Assembly: GCA_050250895.1 (NCBI GenBank)
Contig: JBFWNU010000001.1
Location: 3,776,149-3,840,148 of the forward strand
Length of the DNA: 64,000 nt
Reading direction: 5' to 3'
DNA from: Vulcanimicrobiota bacterium
Lineage (GTDB): Bacteria; Vulcanimicrobiota; Xenobia; Xenobiales; JADMJV01
Positions 39,051-49,676 of the stretch are shown in pieces (position 1 is the stretch's first letter; each line of letters starts with the position of its first letter). Made by a program: the position numbers and the translations under genes. The notes beneath the pieces are model-generated. The model was not told the DNA's origin. It searched no databases and saw nothing but the letters and a program-made list of their open reading frames with translations.

Positions 39051-40490
39051 GTGCAACTCGACTACGCCACCCTCGAGACCCTGCGCCAGAGCCATCCTGC
39101 CTGGCGACTGTTGCGGGCCGACCTGGCACCCTTGATTGCCAGCTTTCTCCACCAGACCTACGTGCTGCCCAACGTGCGCGTCTATCCGCTCTCAGAGCTG
39201 GCCGAAAAGCTCGAAGACGAGCTCTATCGCCTGCGCCAGACTCACGGTGAAGACCAGTTTCGGCGCGACGCCACGGCCTATCTCGACGAGTGGGCCGGCG
39301 ATGAGCGCGGCTGGCTGCGCAAGTATTATCCGGTGGGCGAAGACGAGCCCCACTTCGATTTGACCCCGGCCAGCGAGAAGGCCATCGCCTGGCTGGCGGG
39401 GTTGGTGCAGCGGCCGTTCGTGGGCACCGAGTCGCGGCTGTTGACGGTCTTCAACCTGCTGCGCCAGATCGTGGAGGGCTCGGAGACCGATGTCGAGGTG
39501 CGCATCGCCGAGCTGCGGCGAAGAGCCGAGGAGATCGAAGCAGAGATTGGCCGGCTCGAGGACGGCCGGCTCGAGCTGCTCGACGACACCTCGCTGCGTG
39601 ATCGCTTTCTGCAGATGGCCGTCACCGCCCGCGAGCTGCTCAGCGACTTTCGCGAGGTCGAAGAGAACTTTCGCCGCCTGGACCGCCATTCGCGCGAGCG
39701 CATCGCCCTGTGGGACGGCACCAAAGGCGAGTTGCTCGACGACATCTTCGGCGAGCGCGACGCCATCATCGACTCCGACCAGGGCCGCAGCTTCAGGGCC
39801 TTCTGGGATTTCTTGCTTTCAGCCAGCAAGCAAGAGGAGTTCAGCGACTTGCTGGACCGGGCTCTGGAACTGCCGGCCATCTCCTCGATGAAACCCGATA
39901 CCCGCATTCGGCGTGTCCACTACGACTGGCTAGCCGCCGGCGAGCATACCCAGCGCACGGTCTCGGCTCTCTCCCAGCAGCTCCGACGCTTCATCGACGA
40001 TCAGGCCTGGCTCGAGAACCGGCGCATCATGGAGATCCTCAAGAATGTCGAGCGGCATGCGGTGGCCGTGCGCGAGTCGCCTCCCGAAGGCAACTTCATG
40101 GACATCGAAGAGATCGCGCCGGAGCTTGCTTTGCCGATGGAGCGGCCGCTATTCACTCCGCCCCTGAAGGTCGAGATTCCCTCGGAGCGGCTCGAGCTAG
40201 CCCAGGCCGATCTCGACACCGAGCGGCTGTTTTCTCAAGTGTTCGTCGACAAGAGCCGCTTGTTGGGCCAGGTTCGCCGGGCCCTGGGCGGGCGCTCCCA
40301 GGTGACCCTGGGCGAACTGTTGCAACAGTATCCTTTGCAGCAGGGTCTGGCCGAGCTGGTGACCTATCTTTCTTTGCAAGAGCAGGATTTCGAGATCGTC
40401 TTCGACGAGAGTAGGAGCGATGAAGTGGTCTGGGAGGACGAAGAACGGCGGCGCAAAGCGCGCTTGCCGCGGGTGATCTATACGCGATGA
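39051..40490 (+). CDS. jetA: Wadjet JetA (DUF3375)
   Basis: HPAWRLLRA..APL, GWLRK, FVGTESRL, SDQGRSF.AFWDFL. Confidence 0.9.
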   Translation: MQLDYATLETLRQSHPAWRLLRADLAPLIASFLHQTYVLPNVRVYPLSELAEKLEDELYRLRQTHGEDQFRRDATAYLDEWAGDERGWLRKYYPVGEDEPHFDLTPASEKAIAWLAGLVQRPFVGTESRLLTVFNLLRQIVEGSETDVEVRIAELRRRAEEIEAEIGRLEDGRLELLDDTSLRDRFLQMAVTARELLSDFREVEENFRRLDRHSRERIALWDGTKGELLDDIFGERDAIIDSDQGRSFRAFWDFLLSASKQEEFSDLLDRALELPAISSMKPDTRIRRVHYDWLAAGEHTQRTVSALSQQLRRFIDDQAWLENRRIMEILKNVERHAVAVRESPPEGNFMDIEEIAPELALPMERPLFTPPLKVEIPSERLELAQADLDTERLFSQVFVDKSRLLGQVRRALGGRSQVTLGELLQQYPLQQGLAELVTYLSLQEQDFEIVFDESRSDEVVWEDEERRRKARLPRVIYTR

Positions 40491-41059
40491 ATTCCGAAGT
40501 CTCACAGCTTTCTCAGCTGGTCATACCGCTGCTCAAGGGCGTGCTCTATCAAGAGAGCGATGCGACTCTGTGGCAGGCCCTGCTCAACCTGCAGGGCCGG
40601 GTGCGCGACTACGTCAAGGTGCTCGGGCTGGAGTTGATTCTCGATGAAGCCGAGGGGCACGCATTCTTGCGCTCCCGCGCGCCGGAAGAGGGAGAAGAGC
40701 CTCTGCCGCGCCTGGTTTCGCGCCGCCAGCTCTCTTATGGGGTGAGCCTGCTGCTGGCTTTGCTGCGGCGCAAACTGGCCGAAAACGACGCCGCCGGGGG
40801 CTCGACCCGGGTGATCCTCTCGCGCGAGGAGATCGTGGAGCTGGTGCGGCTGTTTCTGCCGGACGGCACCAACCAGGTGCGCCAGGTGGATCGAGTCGAG
40901 CGCGACCTGAACAAGGTCATCGAGCTGGGCTTCGTGCGCCCGCTCAAGGGTCAGCAGCACCAGTATGAAGTGCGGCGCATCTTGAAGGCTTTCGTCGACG
41001 CCCAGTGGCTCAACGAGTTCGAGGCGCGTCTGCAAGAGTATCAGGAGCACGCGAAGTGA
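40487..41059 (+). CDS. jetB: Wadjet JetB (DUF4194)
   Basis: LLKGVLY, GL.L.LDE.EG.AFL, SLLL.LLR, EVRRILKAFVDAQWL. Confidence 0.9.
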   Translation: MNSEVSQLSQLVIPLLKGVLYQESDATLWQALLNLQGRVRDYVKVLGLELILDEAEGHAFLRSRAPEEGEEPLPRLVSRRQLSYGVSLLLALLRRKLAENDAAGGSTRVILSREEIVELVRLFLPDGTNQVRQVDRVERDLNKVIELGFVRPLKGQQHQYEVRRILKAFVDAQWLNEFEARLQEYQEHAK

Positions 41060-44000
41060 TCCACGAAGCCTCGCAGCAGACCCTCGACCTTGGCTTTGGC
41101 CAGACTCCCGGCCTGCGCGGCTTTCGCCTGGAGCGTCTCGAGTTGTACAACTGGGGAACCTTCGACGGCAAGGTCTGGCATTACGAACTGGGCGGCAAGA
41201 ATTCGCTCTTGACCGGAGACATCGGCTCGGGCAAGTCGACCATCGTCGACGCCGTCACCACCTTGCTGGTGCCGGCCCATCGCGTGCAATACAATCGCGC
41301 CGCCGGGGCCGACAAGATGGAGCGTTCGCTGCGGTCGTATTTTCTCGGCTACTACAAGGCCACGCGCGGCGAGGTGGGCCCCCAGACCCGGCCGGTGGCC
41401 CATCGCACCCATAACAGCTACTCGGTCGTGTTGGGCACGTTTTTCAATCGCGACTATGGACAGAAGGTCACTCTGGCCCAGGTGTTCTGGATGAAGGAAG
41501 CGACCGGCCAGCCGGCCCGCTTTTATGTGGTGGCCGACCAGGAGCTTTCGGTGGCTGGCGATTTCTGCGACTTCGGGGGCGAGATGAAGGTGCTGCGCAA
41601 GCGATTGCGCCAGGCCGGGGCCGAGCTTTTCGACAGCTTTCCGCCCTATTCGGCAGCCTTTCGCCGGCGCTTCGGGCTGGCCAACGATCAGGCCCTGGAG
41701 CTGTTTCACCAGACGGTTTCGATGAAGGCTGTCGGCAACCTGACCAGCTTCGTGCGCGAGCACATGCTCGAGGAGTTCGACGTTGAGCCCCGCATCCAGG
41801 CTCTCATCGGACACTATGAGGACCTCAACCGCGCCCACGAGGCCGTGCTCAAAGCCCGCGCCCAGGTCGAGGCCCTCACGCCGCTGGTGGCCGACTGCCG
41901 TCGCCATGCCGAGTTGCTGCTACAGGTGGCCGAGTCGCGGGCCTGCCGCGATAGCCTGCGGATTTACTTCATGACGCTCAAGGCCAGCCTGCTGGAGCGA
42001 CGCCTCGAGTTGCTGGCCGCCGACGAGGAGCGTCTGCAGAACCGCCTGGCCAGTGCGCGCCAGAGCCAGCAAGAGGGTGAGACCGAGCGGGGCGAGCTGC
42101 GCCAGGCTATCGCTGCCAACGGAGGCGACCGCTTGCAGCGGCTCGAGGTCGAGATCAAGCACAAGACCGAAATGCGCCAGCGGCGCCAACACAAGCACCA
42201 GCGCTATCTCGAGCGAGTGAAATCGCTGGGTTGGAGCGAACCCGTCGAGGCCGAGCAGTTTCTCGAGCAGCGTCGCCGGGGCGCCAGGCTGCTGGTCGAA
42301 CAGGCCGAGCAAGAGGCCGAGCTCGAGAACCAGCGCACCGAACTGCTGGTCGAAGGCCGCAAGCTGCAAGACACCCACCACGAGCTGCAGCAAGAGCTGG
42401 CCAGCCTGCGAGCCCGGCGCAGCAACATCCACCAGCATCAGGTCGAGATCCGCTCGCGCCTTTGCGCCCAGCTGGGACTGCCCGAATCAGAGCTTGCCTT
42501 CGTGGGCGAGCTGCTGCAGGTGCAAGACAAGGAGCGCGACTGGGAGGGGGCCATCGAGCGCCTGCTACACAACTTCGCCCTCTCGCTACTCGTGCCCGAC
42601 CGCCACTATCGGCGCGTGGCCGAGTGGGTCGATCAGACCCGCTTGCGGGGACGGCTGGTCTATTTTCGGGTGCTGCCCGAGGTGGGCCCGCCGCCGCCGG
42701 CCCAGGCCACCAATTCGCTGGTCTACAAGGTCGACATCAAGCCCGACACGCCTCACTATGGCTGGCTCGACCGCCAACTCAAGCGCCGCTTTGATTTTGC
42801 CTGTTGCGCCAGCCTCGAGGATTTTCGCCGCGAGGTGAAGGCCATCACGCCCAGCGGCCAGATCAAAGCGAAGGGCGAGCGCCACGAGAAGGATGACCGG
42901 CACGCCCTCGACGACCGTAGCCGCTATGTGCTGGGCTGGACCAACGAGGCCAAGATCCGCGTGCTCGAACAACGGCAGGCGGCGCTGGCGGCCGAGATGG
43001 CTTCGATGGCCATGCGTCTCGAGACCCAGAAAAAGACCCTGGCTCAGTTGCGCGAGCAGCAGATCGTGCTCAAGCAGTTGGAGGAGTATCGCGATTTTCA
43101 AGAGATCGATTGGCGTCCACTGGTCAAGGAGATCGCCGATCTGGAGGAGGAGAAGCGGGCGCTCGAGAGCGCCTCGGATGTACTCGTGGAGCTGACCGCT
43201 CGCCTGCACGAGGTTGAAGCGCGGCTGCGCCAGCTCGACGGCGAACTCGAGGCTCAGGTGAAAGAGCTGGGAGCGGTGCAGCAAAAGCAACTGGTGGCCC
43301 GCGAGTTGTTTGAGGAGGCCACTGCCGTCCCACCCACCGAGGACGAGCGCCAGCGTTTTCCGGTGCTGGAAAAGATCCGCCACGAGGCGCTGGAACAGCA
43401 TCAGCTTACGGTCGAGTCGTGTGCCAATCGCGAGCATGATGTGCGCGAATGGCTGACCCGCCAGATCGACAATGAAGACAAGAAGATCGAACGTTGCCGC
43501 GAGCGCATCCTCAAGGCCATGGGCAAGTTCTGCAACGACTATCCCCTCGACACCCAGGAGATGGACGTCAACGTGGCCGCCGGAGCCGAGTTTGCCGAGC
43601 TGCTCGAGCGTCTTCACCGCGATGACCTGCCCCGTTTTGAAGAGCGATTCAAGCAGTTGCTCAACGAGAACACCATCCGCGAGATCGCCAATTTCCAGTC
43701 GCAGCTCAACCGCGAGCGTGAGAGCATCCGCGAGCGGGTCGAGCAGATCAATGGTTCGCTGCGCCAGATCGATTACAATCCCGGGCGTTACATCGTGCTC
43801 GAGCTGCAACGCACCATCGACGCCGAGATTCGCGACTTTCAGAGCGAACTGCGGGCCTGCACCGAGGGGGCTTTGACGGGCAGCGACGACGAGCAATACT
43901 CCGAGCAGAAGTTTCTCAAAGTGCGCGAAATCATCGAGCGTTTTCGCGGTCGCGAGGGTCAGGCCGAACTCGACCGGCGCTGGACCCGCAAGGTGACCGA

Positions 44001-44433
44001 TGTGCGCCAGTGGTTCACTTTCTCGGCCTCAGAGCGCTGGAAGGCCGACGACACAGAGCACGAGCACTATGCCGACTCGGGCGGCAAATCGGGCGGTCAG
44101 AAAGAGAAGCTGGCCTACACCGTGTTGGCCGCCAGCCTCAGTTACCAGTTTGGCCTCGAGGCGGGCGCGACCCGCTCGCGCACTTTCCACTTCGTGGTCA
44201 TCGACGAGGCTTTCAGCCGCTCGTCGGACGAGTCTACCCGCTTTGGTCTCGAACTCTTCCAGACCCTCGACCTGCAGCTGATGATCGTGACTCCGCTGCA
44301 AAAGATCCACATCATCGAGCCTTATGTGGCCAGCGTGGGATTCTGTCATAACGATGGCGAGACGTTCAAGTCGGCCATCCAGAATCTCACCATCGAGGAG
44401 TATCGCCGGCGCAAGGACGCCGCTCTTTCTTGA
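41056..44433 (+). CDS. jetC: Wadjet JetC (SMC/SbcC-like ATPase)
   Basis: NWGTF, GDIGSGKST, long coiled coil, KSGGQKEKL, IDEAF; GTG start overlaps the jetB stop. Confidence 0.92.
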   Translation: MIHEASQQTLDLGFGQTPGLRGFRLERLELYNWGTFDGKVWHYELGGKNSLLTGDIGSGKSTIVDAVTTLLVPAHRVQYNRAAGADKMERSLRSYFLGYYKATRGEVGPQTRPVAHRTHNSYSVVLGTFFNRDYGQKVTLAQVFWMKEATGQPARFYVVADQELSVAGDFCDFGGEMKVLRKRLRQAGAELFDSFPPYSAAFRRRFGLANDQALELFHQTVSMKAVGNLTSFVREHMLEEFDVEPRIQALIGHYEDLNRAHEAVLKARAQVEALTPLVADCRRHAELLLQVAESRACRDSLRIYFMTLKASLLERRLELLAADEERLQNRLASARQSQQEGETERGELRQAIAANGGDRLQRLEVEIKHKTEMRQRRQHKHQRYLERVKSLGWSEPVEAEQFLEQRRRGARLLVEQAEQEAELENQRTELLVEGRKLQDTHHELQQELASLRARRSNIHQHQVEIRSRLCAQLGLPESELAFVGELLQVQDKERDWEGAIERLLHNFALSLLVPDRHYRRVAEWVDQTRLRGRLVYFRVLPEVGPPPPAQATNSLVYKVDIKPDTPHYGWLDRQLKRRFDFACCASLEDFRREVKAITPSGQIKAKGERHEKDDRHALDDRSRYVLGWTNEAKIRVLEQRQAALAAEMASMAMRLETQKKTLAQLREQQIVLKQLEEYRDFQEIDWRPLVKEIADLEEEKRALESASDVLVELTARLHEVEARLRQLDGELEAQVKELGAVQQKQLVARELFEEATAVPPTEDERQRFPVLEKIRHEALEQHQLTVESCANREHDVREWLTRQIDNEDKKIERCRERILKAMGKFCNDYPLDTQEMDVNVAAGAEFAELLERLHRDDLPRFEERFKQLLNENTIREIANFQSQLNRERESIRERVEQINGSLRQIDYNPGRYIVLELQRTIDAEIRDFQSELRACTEGALTGSDDEQYSEQKFLKVREIIERFRGREGQAELDRRWTRKVTDVRQWFTFSASERWKADDTEHEHYADSGGKSGGQKEKLAYTVLAASLSYQFGLEAGATRSRTFHFVVIDEAFSRSSDESTRFGLELFQTLDLQLMIVTPLQKIHIIEPYVASVGFCHNDGETFKSAIQNLTIEEYRRRKDAALS

Positions 44434-45593
44434 GCTGGACCCGCCCCGCCGACATCCGGGCCCGGCTGGCCAAGCAGTGGGAGCAGGGCAAGTTCCTGGC
44501 CGCCCTGGTGACGGGCCAACAGCTCTTCCCGCTTCGCCTTGGCTTGAAGAAGCCGACCTCTGCCGAGCTGGCCTCGCGCTTTGCCGAAGTGCAGGACTGG
44601 ATCGCCGAGCTGGCCCGCGGCGACTATCGCCTGGAATTCAAGAGCGTGCGCCATCGGGTCATCGGCGAGAACCAGGTGCCCGGCGCCATCTGGCTCGATT
44701 CCATCGATCAGCTGGCCGCCTTTTTGCGCAAGGGAGCCGAGTTGCAGCGCTTTCGCCAACTGCTAGATCTCACTCCGGCCCCGCTCCAGCCCTGGCTGGG
44801 GCGCCGCCCCATGCAGGCCCTGACCTTGTTTGATGAGTGGCCCACCCTGCTGCGCACGGTCAGTTGGATGGGCGCCCATCCCCGGCCGGGCATCTACACT
44901 CGCCAACTCGATCTCGAGGGAGTCCACACCAAGTTTCTCGAGCAGCATGCGCGGGTGCTGGCCGAACTGTTCGAGCTGGCCCTGCCCCCCGAGGCCATCG
45001 ACCTCGACCAGAGTCGCTTCGAGCAGCGCTTCGGCTTTCGCCGGCGGCCGCCCCGGGTGCGCCTACGCTTTCTGGGCCAGGGGTTTGCGGGCCTGACTGA
45101 TCTGACTCTGACGGTCGAAGAGCTGTCCGCCTTCGAGCCGGGGGTATCCCAGGTGTTCGTAACCGAGAACGAAGTGAACTTCCTGGCCTTTCCCGACCTG
45201 GCCGACAGCCTGGTGTTGCTGGGCGGAGGCTACGCGGTCGAACTCTTTTCAGGTCTGCCCTGGCTGCGCAGCTTGCCGATCTACTACTGGGGCGACATCG
45301 ATACCCATGGTTTCGCCATCCTCGACGGGCTACGGGCGGCCTTTCCCCAGACCGTCTCTTTCTTGATGGATCGAGCGACCCTTCTCGAACACCGGTCTCG
45401 CTGGGTCACCGAGCCCTCACCAGCCCGTCGCGAATTGCCACACCTGACTCCTCAAGAGCAAGCTCTCTATCAAGACCTGCTCGACCATCACCTGGGGTAT
45501 GGCGTGCGGCTCGAGCAAGAGCTGGTCGGCTTCAATCGGGTTCTCGACGCCCTGCGTGGGCTGGGCTTCAAGCCGATTCCTCCAGGCGGGTGA
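44430..45593 (+). CDS. jetD: Wadjet JetD (DUF3322 plus TOPRIM DUF2220 nuclease)
   Basis: GVHTKF.E, VTENEVNF, YWGDIDTHGF, RLEQE. Confidence 0.9.
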   Translation: MSWTRPADIRARLAKQWEQGKFLAALVTGQQLFPLRLGLKKPTSAELASRFAEVQDWIAELARGDYRLEFKSVRHRVIGENQVPGAIWLDSIDQLAAFLRKGAELQRFRQLLDLTPAPLQPWLGRRPMQALTLFDEWPTLLRTVSWMGAHPRPGIYTRQLDLEGVHTKFLEQHARVLAELFELALPPEAIDLDQSRFEQRFGFRRRPPRVRLRFLGQGFAGLTDLTLTVEELSAFEPGVSQVFVTENEVNFLAFPDLADSLVLLGGGYAVELFSGLPWLRSLPIYYWGDIDTHGFAILDGLRAAFPQTVSFLMDRATLLEHRSRWVTEPSPARRELPHLTPQEQALYQDLLDHHLGYGVRLEQELVGFNRVLDALRGLGFKPIPPGG

Positions 45594-45719
45594 GAGGGTC
45601 GTGGCCCGCGCCGCCAAGCTGGGGTACGGCGTCCGAAGGAGAGAGAGCGCGACCCCTTGAAATGGGCTTGACGCCAGGAGGGTCACTTGAGGAATAGCTA
45701 CTACCAGCCCGGTGGGAGG

Positions 45720-46613
45720 ATGCCCCCGATCAACCGCCACGTTACCCTGGTTTCAGACGACGCGGGTCACCGAGCAGTTCAGAAGGCCCACGACAAAGTG
45801 CACGCGCTAACCGAGGTCGAGGCCGCGGTGCTGCGTCGCTGCGACGGTCAAACCCTCCTCTCGGAGGTCGCGGGCGAGCTACCGCCAGACACCACACTGG
45901 ACGAAATCCTGGCCAGCTTCGGCGAGAAGCACTTGCTGACCGCCGGGTTCATGCCCTTTCGCTACCCGTCAGAGTCTCAACAGCTTGGAGACGAGACGCT
46001 GGTCTACGTTTACGAAACGGCCAATGTTCATCTATTGCAACCACTGGCTGCTCGGATTTATGCGGCCTGCGACGGCCGGCCAGTGCAAGAGATGGAGGAG
46101 GAGGTCGGAGACGACGCGCTCTGGCAAGCCCTGGAAGAACTTAGCAGCAATGAACTGGTTCCCAAAGGGCATCCCACCCGGCGGCGCGTGCTTAAGACCG
46201 TGGCCGCCCTTCCGCTGGTGCTGTCTCAATTGGTTCCGTCCGCCTCGGCCGCCGCCTCTGCTTGCATCATGGAGACTTTTGATGAGTGCAATGCGACGGT
46301 CCAAGACCCGCCAATGACGTGTACGCCTTGCTGTAACAACGGCGGCGGCAGCTGCGGGACGAGCTGTGCAACCAATTGTACAAGTTGTTGGTGCCTTGGA
46401 CGGCGTACTTGCTCGGGAGGCGATTGCACCACCCCCGGCCAGTTCTGTCACAACGATACATCCTCTGGAGTTGGACGCTGCTTCGAGGATGGCACCAACC
46501 CCATTTGCGTTTTTGGAGCATTCAACCCCTGTCGCAAGAATTGCGATGCGGCCCGGGCCGATGCAGCCTCGGGCGGAGCCGCGAACTATCGATGCTGCGA
46601 AGGGTGCTCTTAG
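45720..46613 (+). CDS. Protein with tandem RRE/PqqD-like domains, an internal twin-arginine leader and a 20-Cys C-terminal domain
   Basis: GGGAGG ribosome-binding site; two VH.L....A.[VI]...CDG repeats; TRRRVLK...LP.V.S..VP.A.AAAS; Cys-rich tail. Confidence 0.75.
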   Translation: MPPINRHVTLVSDDAGHRAVQKAHDKVHALTEVEAAVLRRCDGQTLLSEVAGELPPDTTLDEILASFGEKHLLTAGFMPFRYPSESQQLGDETLVYVYETANVHLLQPLAARIYAACDGRPVQEMEEEVGDDALWQALEELSSNELVPKGHPTRRRVLKTVAALPLVLSQLVPSASAAASACIMETFDECNATVQDPPMTCTPCCNNGGGSCGTSCATNCTSCWCLGRRTCSGGDCTTPGQFCHNDTSSGVGRCFEDGTNPICVFGAFNPCRKNCDAARADAASGGAANYRCCEGCS

Positions 46614-46868
46614 GCCTTCCTTTGTCCGCGTGCTGCCTATCAACGCGGTGACGACCTCATGGCTGACAAGAGGTCAGCCTCTCCAGTTCATACTGATGTA
46701 TAAGAGTGTCTTTCGAATAAGGATTCGAGATTGCCCTTTCTGTTTCTCGACTGGAAGGAGAGGTTTCGGGTTCGGCAATCGAGAATTGGCTTCGATCCAG
46801 TCGGGGACCAAGCCGCCGGCTTAGGACGGGCATGGTCGAGAAGGGGGGAGTTGACCTTGACGAGATGG

Positions 46869-47762
46869 ATGGCACTAGTGCGGCTTGTTTTGGCCGTGGT
46901 TTTGACCTGGACCATTCCGGTGCTCGGGCAGAGCCAGTCTGTGCCTGAAAGAACCGATGACAACCTGATCGTGGCGGCCTACAACATTCAGTTTCTTGGA
47001 GAGAGGGACCACGACCTCAAGAAACTGGCAAAGGTCATCCAACATTTCGACGTTTGCGGCGTTGTAGAACTCAAGTCTGAAACCGAGCTAAGAGAGCTTC
47101 GGGCCGCCTTGGAAGCCACCACGAACGAGCGCTGGGGTTACGTCTTCGGAGTGCGAACCCATAGACCCCAGGGCAACTACCACGAAGCGTTTGGAGCTTT
47201 GTGGCGACGCGACCGGGTCGAGCTGGGAGACGGGGTAGTGGGCGGGCTCTGGGACCACGCCGAGGAGTTTCGCAATGATCCTTTTATCGTGTCCTTCGTG
47301 CGCAGAGGTTTTGACTTCTCTATGATCCTGCTCCACACACGCTGGACCAACGATCCCGAGGGGACCAGGGCCAATGAAGTGGCTGCGATAGGCAGGCATT
47401 CGAATTGGCTTCGCCAGTTTTTGCCTGAGCGCGACATTCTGGTGGCCGGCGATTTCAACTATCCCGGCACTCGGGCCGAGATGAAGGCGCTGAGTCAGGC
47501 CGCTGGGTTGAGCCAGCTTGACGAGGATCCCAAGTCGACCTTCAGTGGTGATGCCTCCCATTATGTGAGCTCGTACGATCACATCTACGCCAATACTTTC
47601 CTTACCAAAGAATACGTGTCCGGTAGTTGCACCACCCTCGACAGTACGTTCGTCGTGTATGCGGACAACTCGCCAGAGTCGATGAAGCTCTCGAAGTCCG
47701 AGTTGTCGGACCATCTGCCGGTGTTCGCCGTCTTCGACGTGAGCAAACCCGACGACGACTAG
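46869..47762 (+). CDS. Secreted endonuclease/exonuclease/phosphatase (DNase I-like)
   Basis: Signal peptide, AAYNI, V.E, GDFN, YDHI, SDHLPV. Confidence 0.85.
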   Translation: MALVRLVLAVVLTWTIPVLGQSQSVPERTDDNLIVAAYNIQFLGERDHDLKKLAKVIQHFDVCGVVELKSETELRELRAALEATTNERWGYVFGVRTHRPQGNYHEAFGALWRRDRVELGDGVVGGLWDHAEEFRNDPFIVSFVRRGFDFSMILLHTRWTNDPEGTRANEVAAIGRHSNWLRQFLPERDILVAGDFNYPGTRAEMKALSQAAGLSQLDEDPKSTFSGDASHYVSSYDHIYANTFLTKEYVSGSCTTLDSTFVVYADNSPESMKLSKSELSDHLPVFAVFDVSKPDDD

Positions 47763-47834
47763 CGAAGGGCGTGAGACGGAGGGCGCCTTGGGCCGACTAC
47801 GAAGTCTCCGTCATCAATTGTGACTGGGGGTCGA

Positions 47835-49676
47835 ATGGACAAGAAGGAATGTGATCTGGTGATGAAGGGTGGCCTCACCAGCGGTATCGTCTATCCGCCG
47901 GCCGTGCTGGCCCTGGCCGACGAATACACCTTTCGCAACATTGGCGGCACCTCGGCCGGCGCCATTGCGGCGGCTGCCACCGCGGCTGCCCAGATGGGAG
48001 AGAACCGGCGGGCCGCCGAGGCGCTCGACTCGTCTGAAGTGGGCTTTGCGGGTTTGCGCAAGCTCAACCAGGAGCTGACCAAACCGGGCTTTCTCTTCGC
48101 CCGCTTTGTGCCCCGACCCCGGCTGCGTCGCCTCTGGGAGGCGGCTGTCTTGTTTCTCGCGCCCACCAGGCCTGAACTCGGCCAGGTGCTATCCGCCCTG
48201 CACGGTCGGGGCGAAGGCCGCACCGCCAGCATACTGAAGCTGTGGAATTCCCGGTGGATGATCGTCGGCGGGGCGGTGCTGGCGCTCTATCTGGCCATCG
48301 TAGTGCCTTTGGTGGTTGGGAAGGGCTCGTGGTGGGCCTTCGGTTTCTCTTTCGCTTTCTTGCTGGTCGTCGGCGCCGCCTTGCGAGAGCTTTGCCTCGG
48401 GCTTTGGAATGACCTGAAGAACGACTGTCTGGACGCCGTCCAACCTTTTCTCGAGCGTCCCCAGGAGATTGGCTACGGCTTTTGCACGGGCACCGATTCC
48501 GAGCCGGGTGGTGCACTGTGTGACTGGTTGCATGACTGGTTCGCCCGCATGGCCGGGCACCCTAAGGGACATGTATTGACCTTCGGTGAGTTGGAAGAGT
48601 GGCGCGTCAAGCTGCGTATGGTCACCACCAGTCTGAGCCATCGCCAGCCTCTCGGCTTGCCCTTCGAGAAGCAGATCTTCTTGTTTCGCGAGCAGGAGAT
48701 GCGCGAGTATTTCCCGGCCGCGGTGGTGGACCATCTGGTGCGCCACGCCTATCAGCCCAAGAAACTCGATGACAGCGAACTAAGGCGCCAGGGATACTAC
48801 TTTCTGCCTGAGCCCCAGCAGCTTCCGGTGCTTTTTGCCACCCGTCTCAGCCTGAGCTTTCCCATCCTGTTCGCGGCCGTGCCGCTCTACACGCCCGACT
48901 TTTCCAAAGCGCGCAAAGACTGGAAGCCCGGTCCCGAGGACCTGCAGCGATGCTGGTTCAACGACGGCGGAATCGGCTGTAATTTTCCGGTCAGCATGTT
49001 CGACTCCTGGCTGCCGACCAGACCGACCTTCGGCATCACCCTGGGCGGGCTGCCCGATCAATTCCGCGGGGCGGGCCGCAGTGGCCCGGGCGCCAGGGTT
49101 GCTCCTGACCAGGACGTGGTATTGCCCCGGGCCAACGAGTTCATCGGCTATCGCTGGGAAGAGATTGGGGACAACATGCCGGCCCTGGGCTCGGCCATCT
49201 GGTCCACTGCTCAGAACTTCCGCGACAATCTGCAGTCGACGCTGCCGGGCTCACGCGACCGGGTGGTCGAGGTTCGTCTGACCAGCAGCGAGGGAGGCCT
49301 CAATCTCGACATGCCCCCCGCGGCCATCCAGGCCATGGTCGACAAGGGCGAGCGGGCCGGAGCCCTGCTCTTGAAGGAGTTTCGCTGGGACTACCACCGC
49401 TGGGTGCGACTCCGTCTCTTACTGGGCGAACTCCAGGCCGACGCCGAGGAACTCAAGGTCTGTTTGAAAGACCCACTCTATCGCGACCTCTTTGACGAGC
49501 TCGAAGGCGGAGGCGACTTTCCTTATAGCACCAGCCAGGAGTTCTTCACCCAGGCTCTCAAGAGCCTCCAAAAGCTAGTGAAAGCCTTCGAGACCGAGCA
49601 AGACCTGGCCAAAGGGGCTCCAGCTGCGGCCGCCGACATGCAGATCGCGCCCAGCCTGGTGCGGCGCCAACGCTAG
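47835..49676 (+). CDS. Patatin-like phospholipase with internal TM helices
   Basis: MKGG.TSG, GGTSAG, R.SLSFP.LF, DGG...NFP. Confidence 0.88.
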   Translation: MDKKECDLVMKGGLTSGIVYPPAVLALADEYTFRNIGGTSAGAIAAAATAAAQMGENRRAAEALDSSEVGFAGLRKLNQELTKPGFLFARFVPRPRLRRLWEAAVLFLAPTRPELGQVLSALHGRGEGRTASILKLWNSRWMIVGGAVLALYLAIVVPLVVGKGSWWAFGFSFAFLLVVGAALRELCLGLWNDLKNDCLDAVQPFLERPQEIGYGFCTGTDSEPGGALCDWLHDWFARMAGHPKGHVLTFGELEEWRVKLRMVTTSLSHRQPLGLPFEKQIFLFREQEMREYFPAAVVDHLVRHAYQPKKLDDSELRRQGYYFLPEPQQLPVLFATRLSLSFPILFAAVPLYTPDFSKARKDWKPGPEDLQRCWFNDGGIGCNFPVSMFDSWLPTRPTFGITLGGLPDQFRGAGRSGPGARVAPDQDVVLPRANEFIGYRWEEIGDNMPALGSAIWSTAQNFRDNLQSTLPGSRDRVVEVRLTSSEGGLNLDMPPAAIQAMVDKGERAGALLLKEFRWDYHRWVRLRLLLGELQADAEELKVCLKDPLYRDLFDELEGGGDFPYSTSQEFFTQALKSLQKLVKAFETEQDLAKGAPAAAADMQIAPSLVRRQR

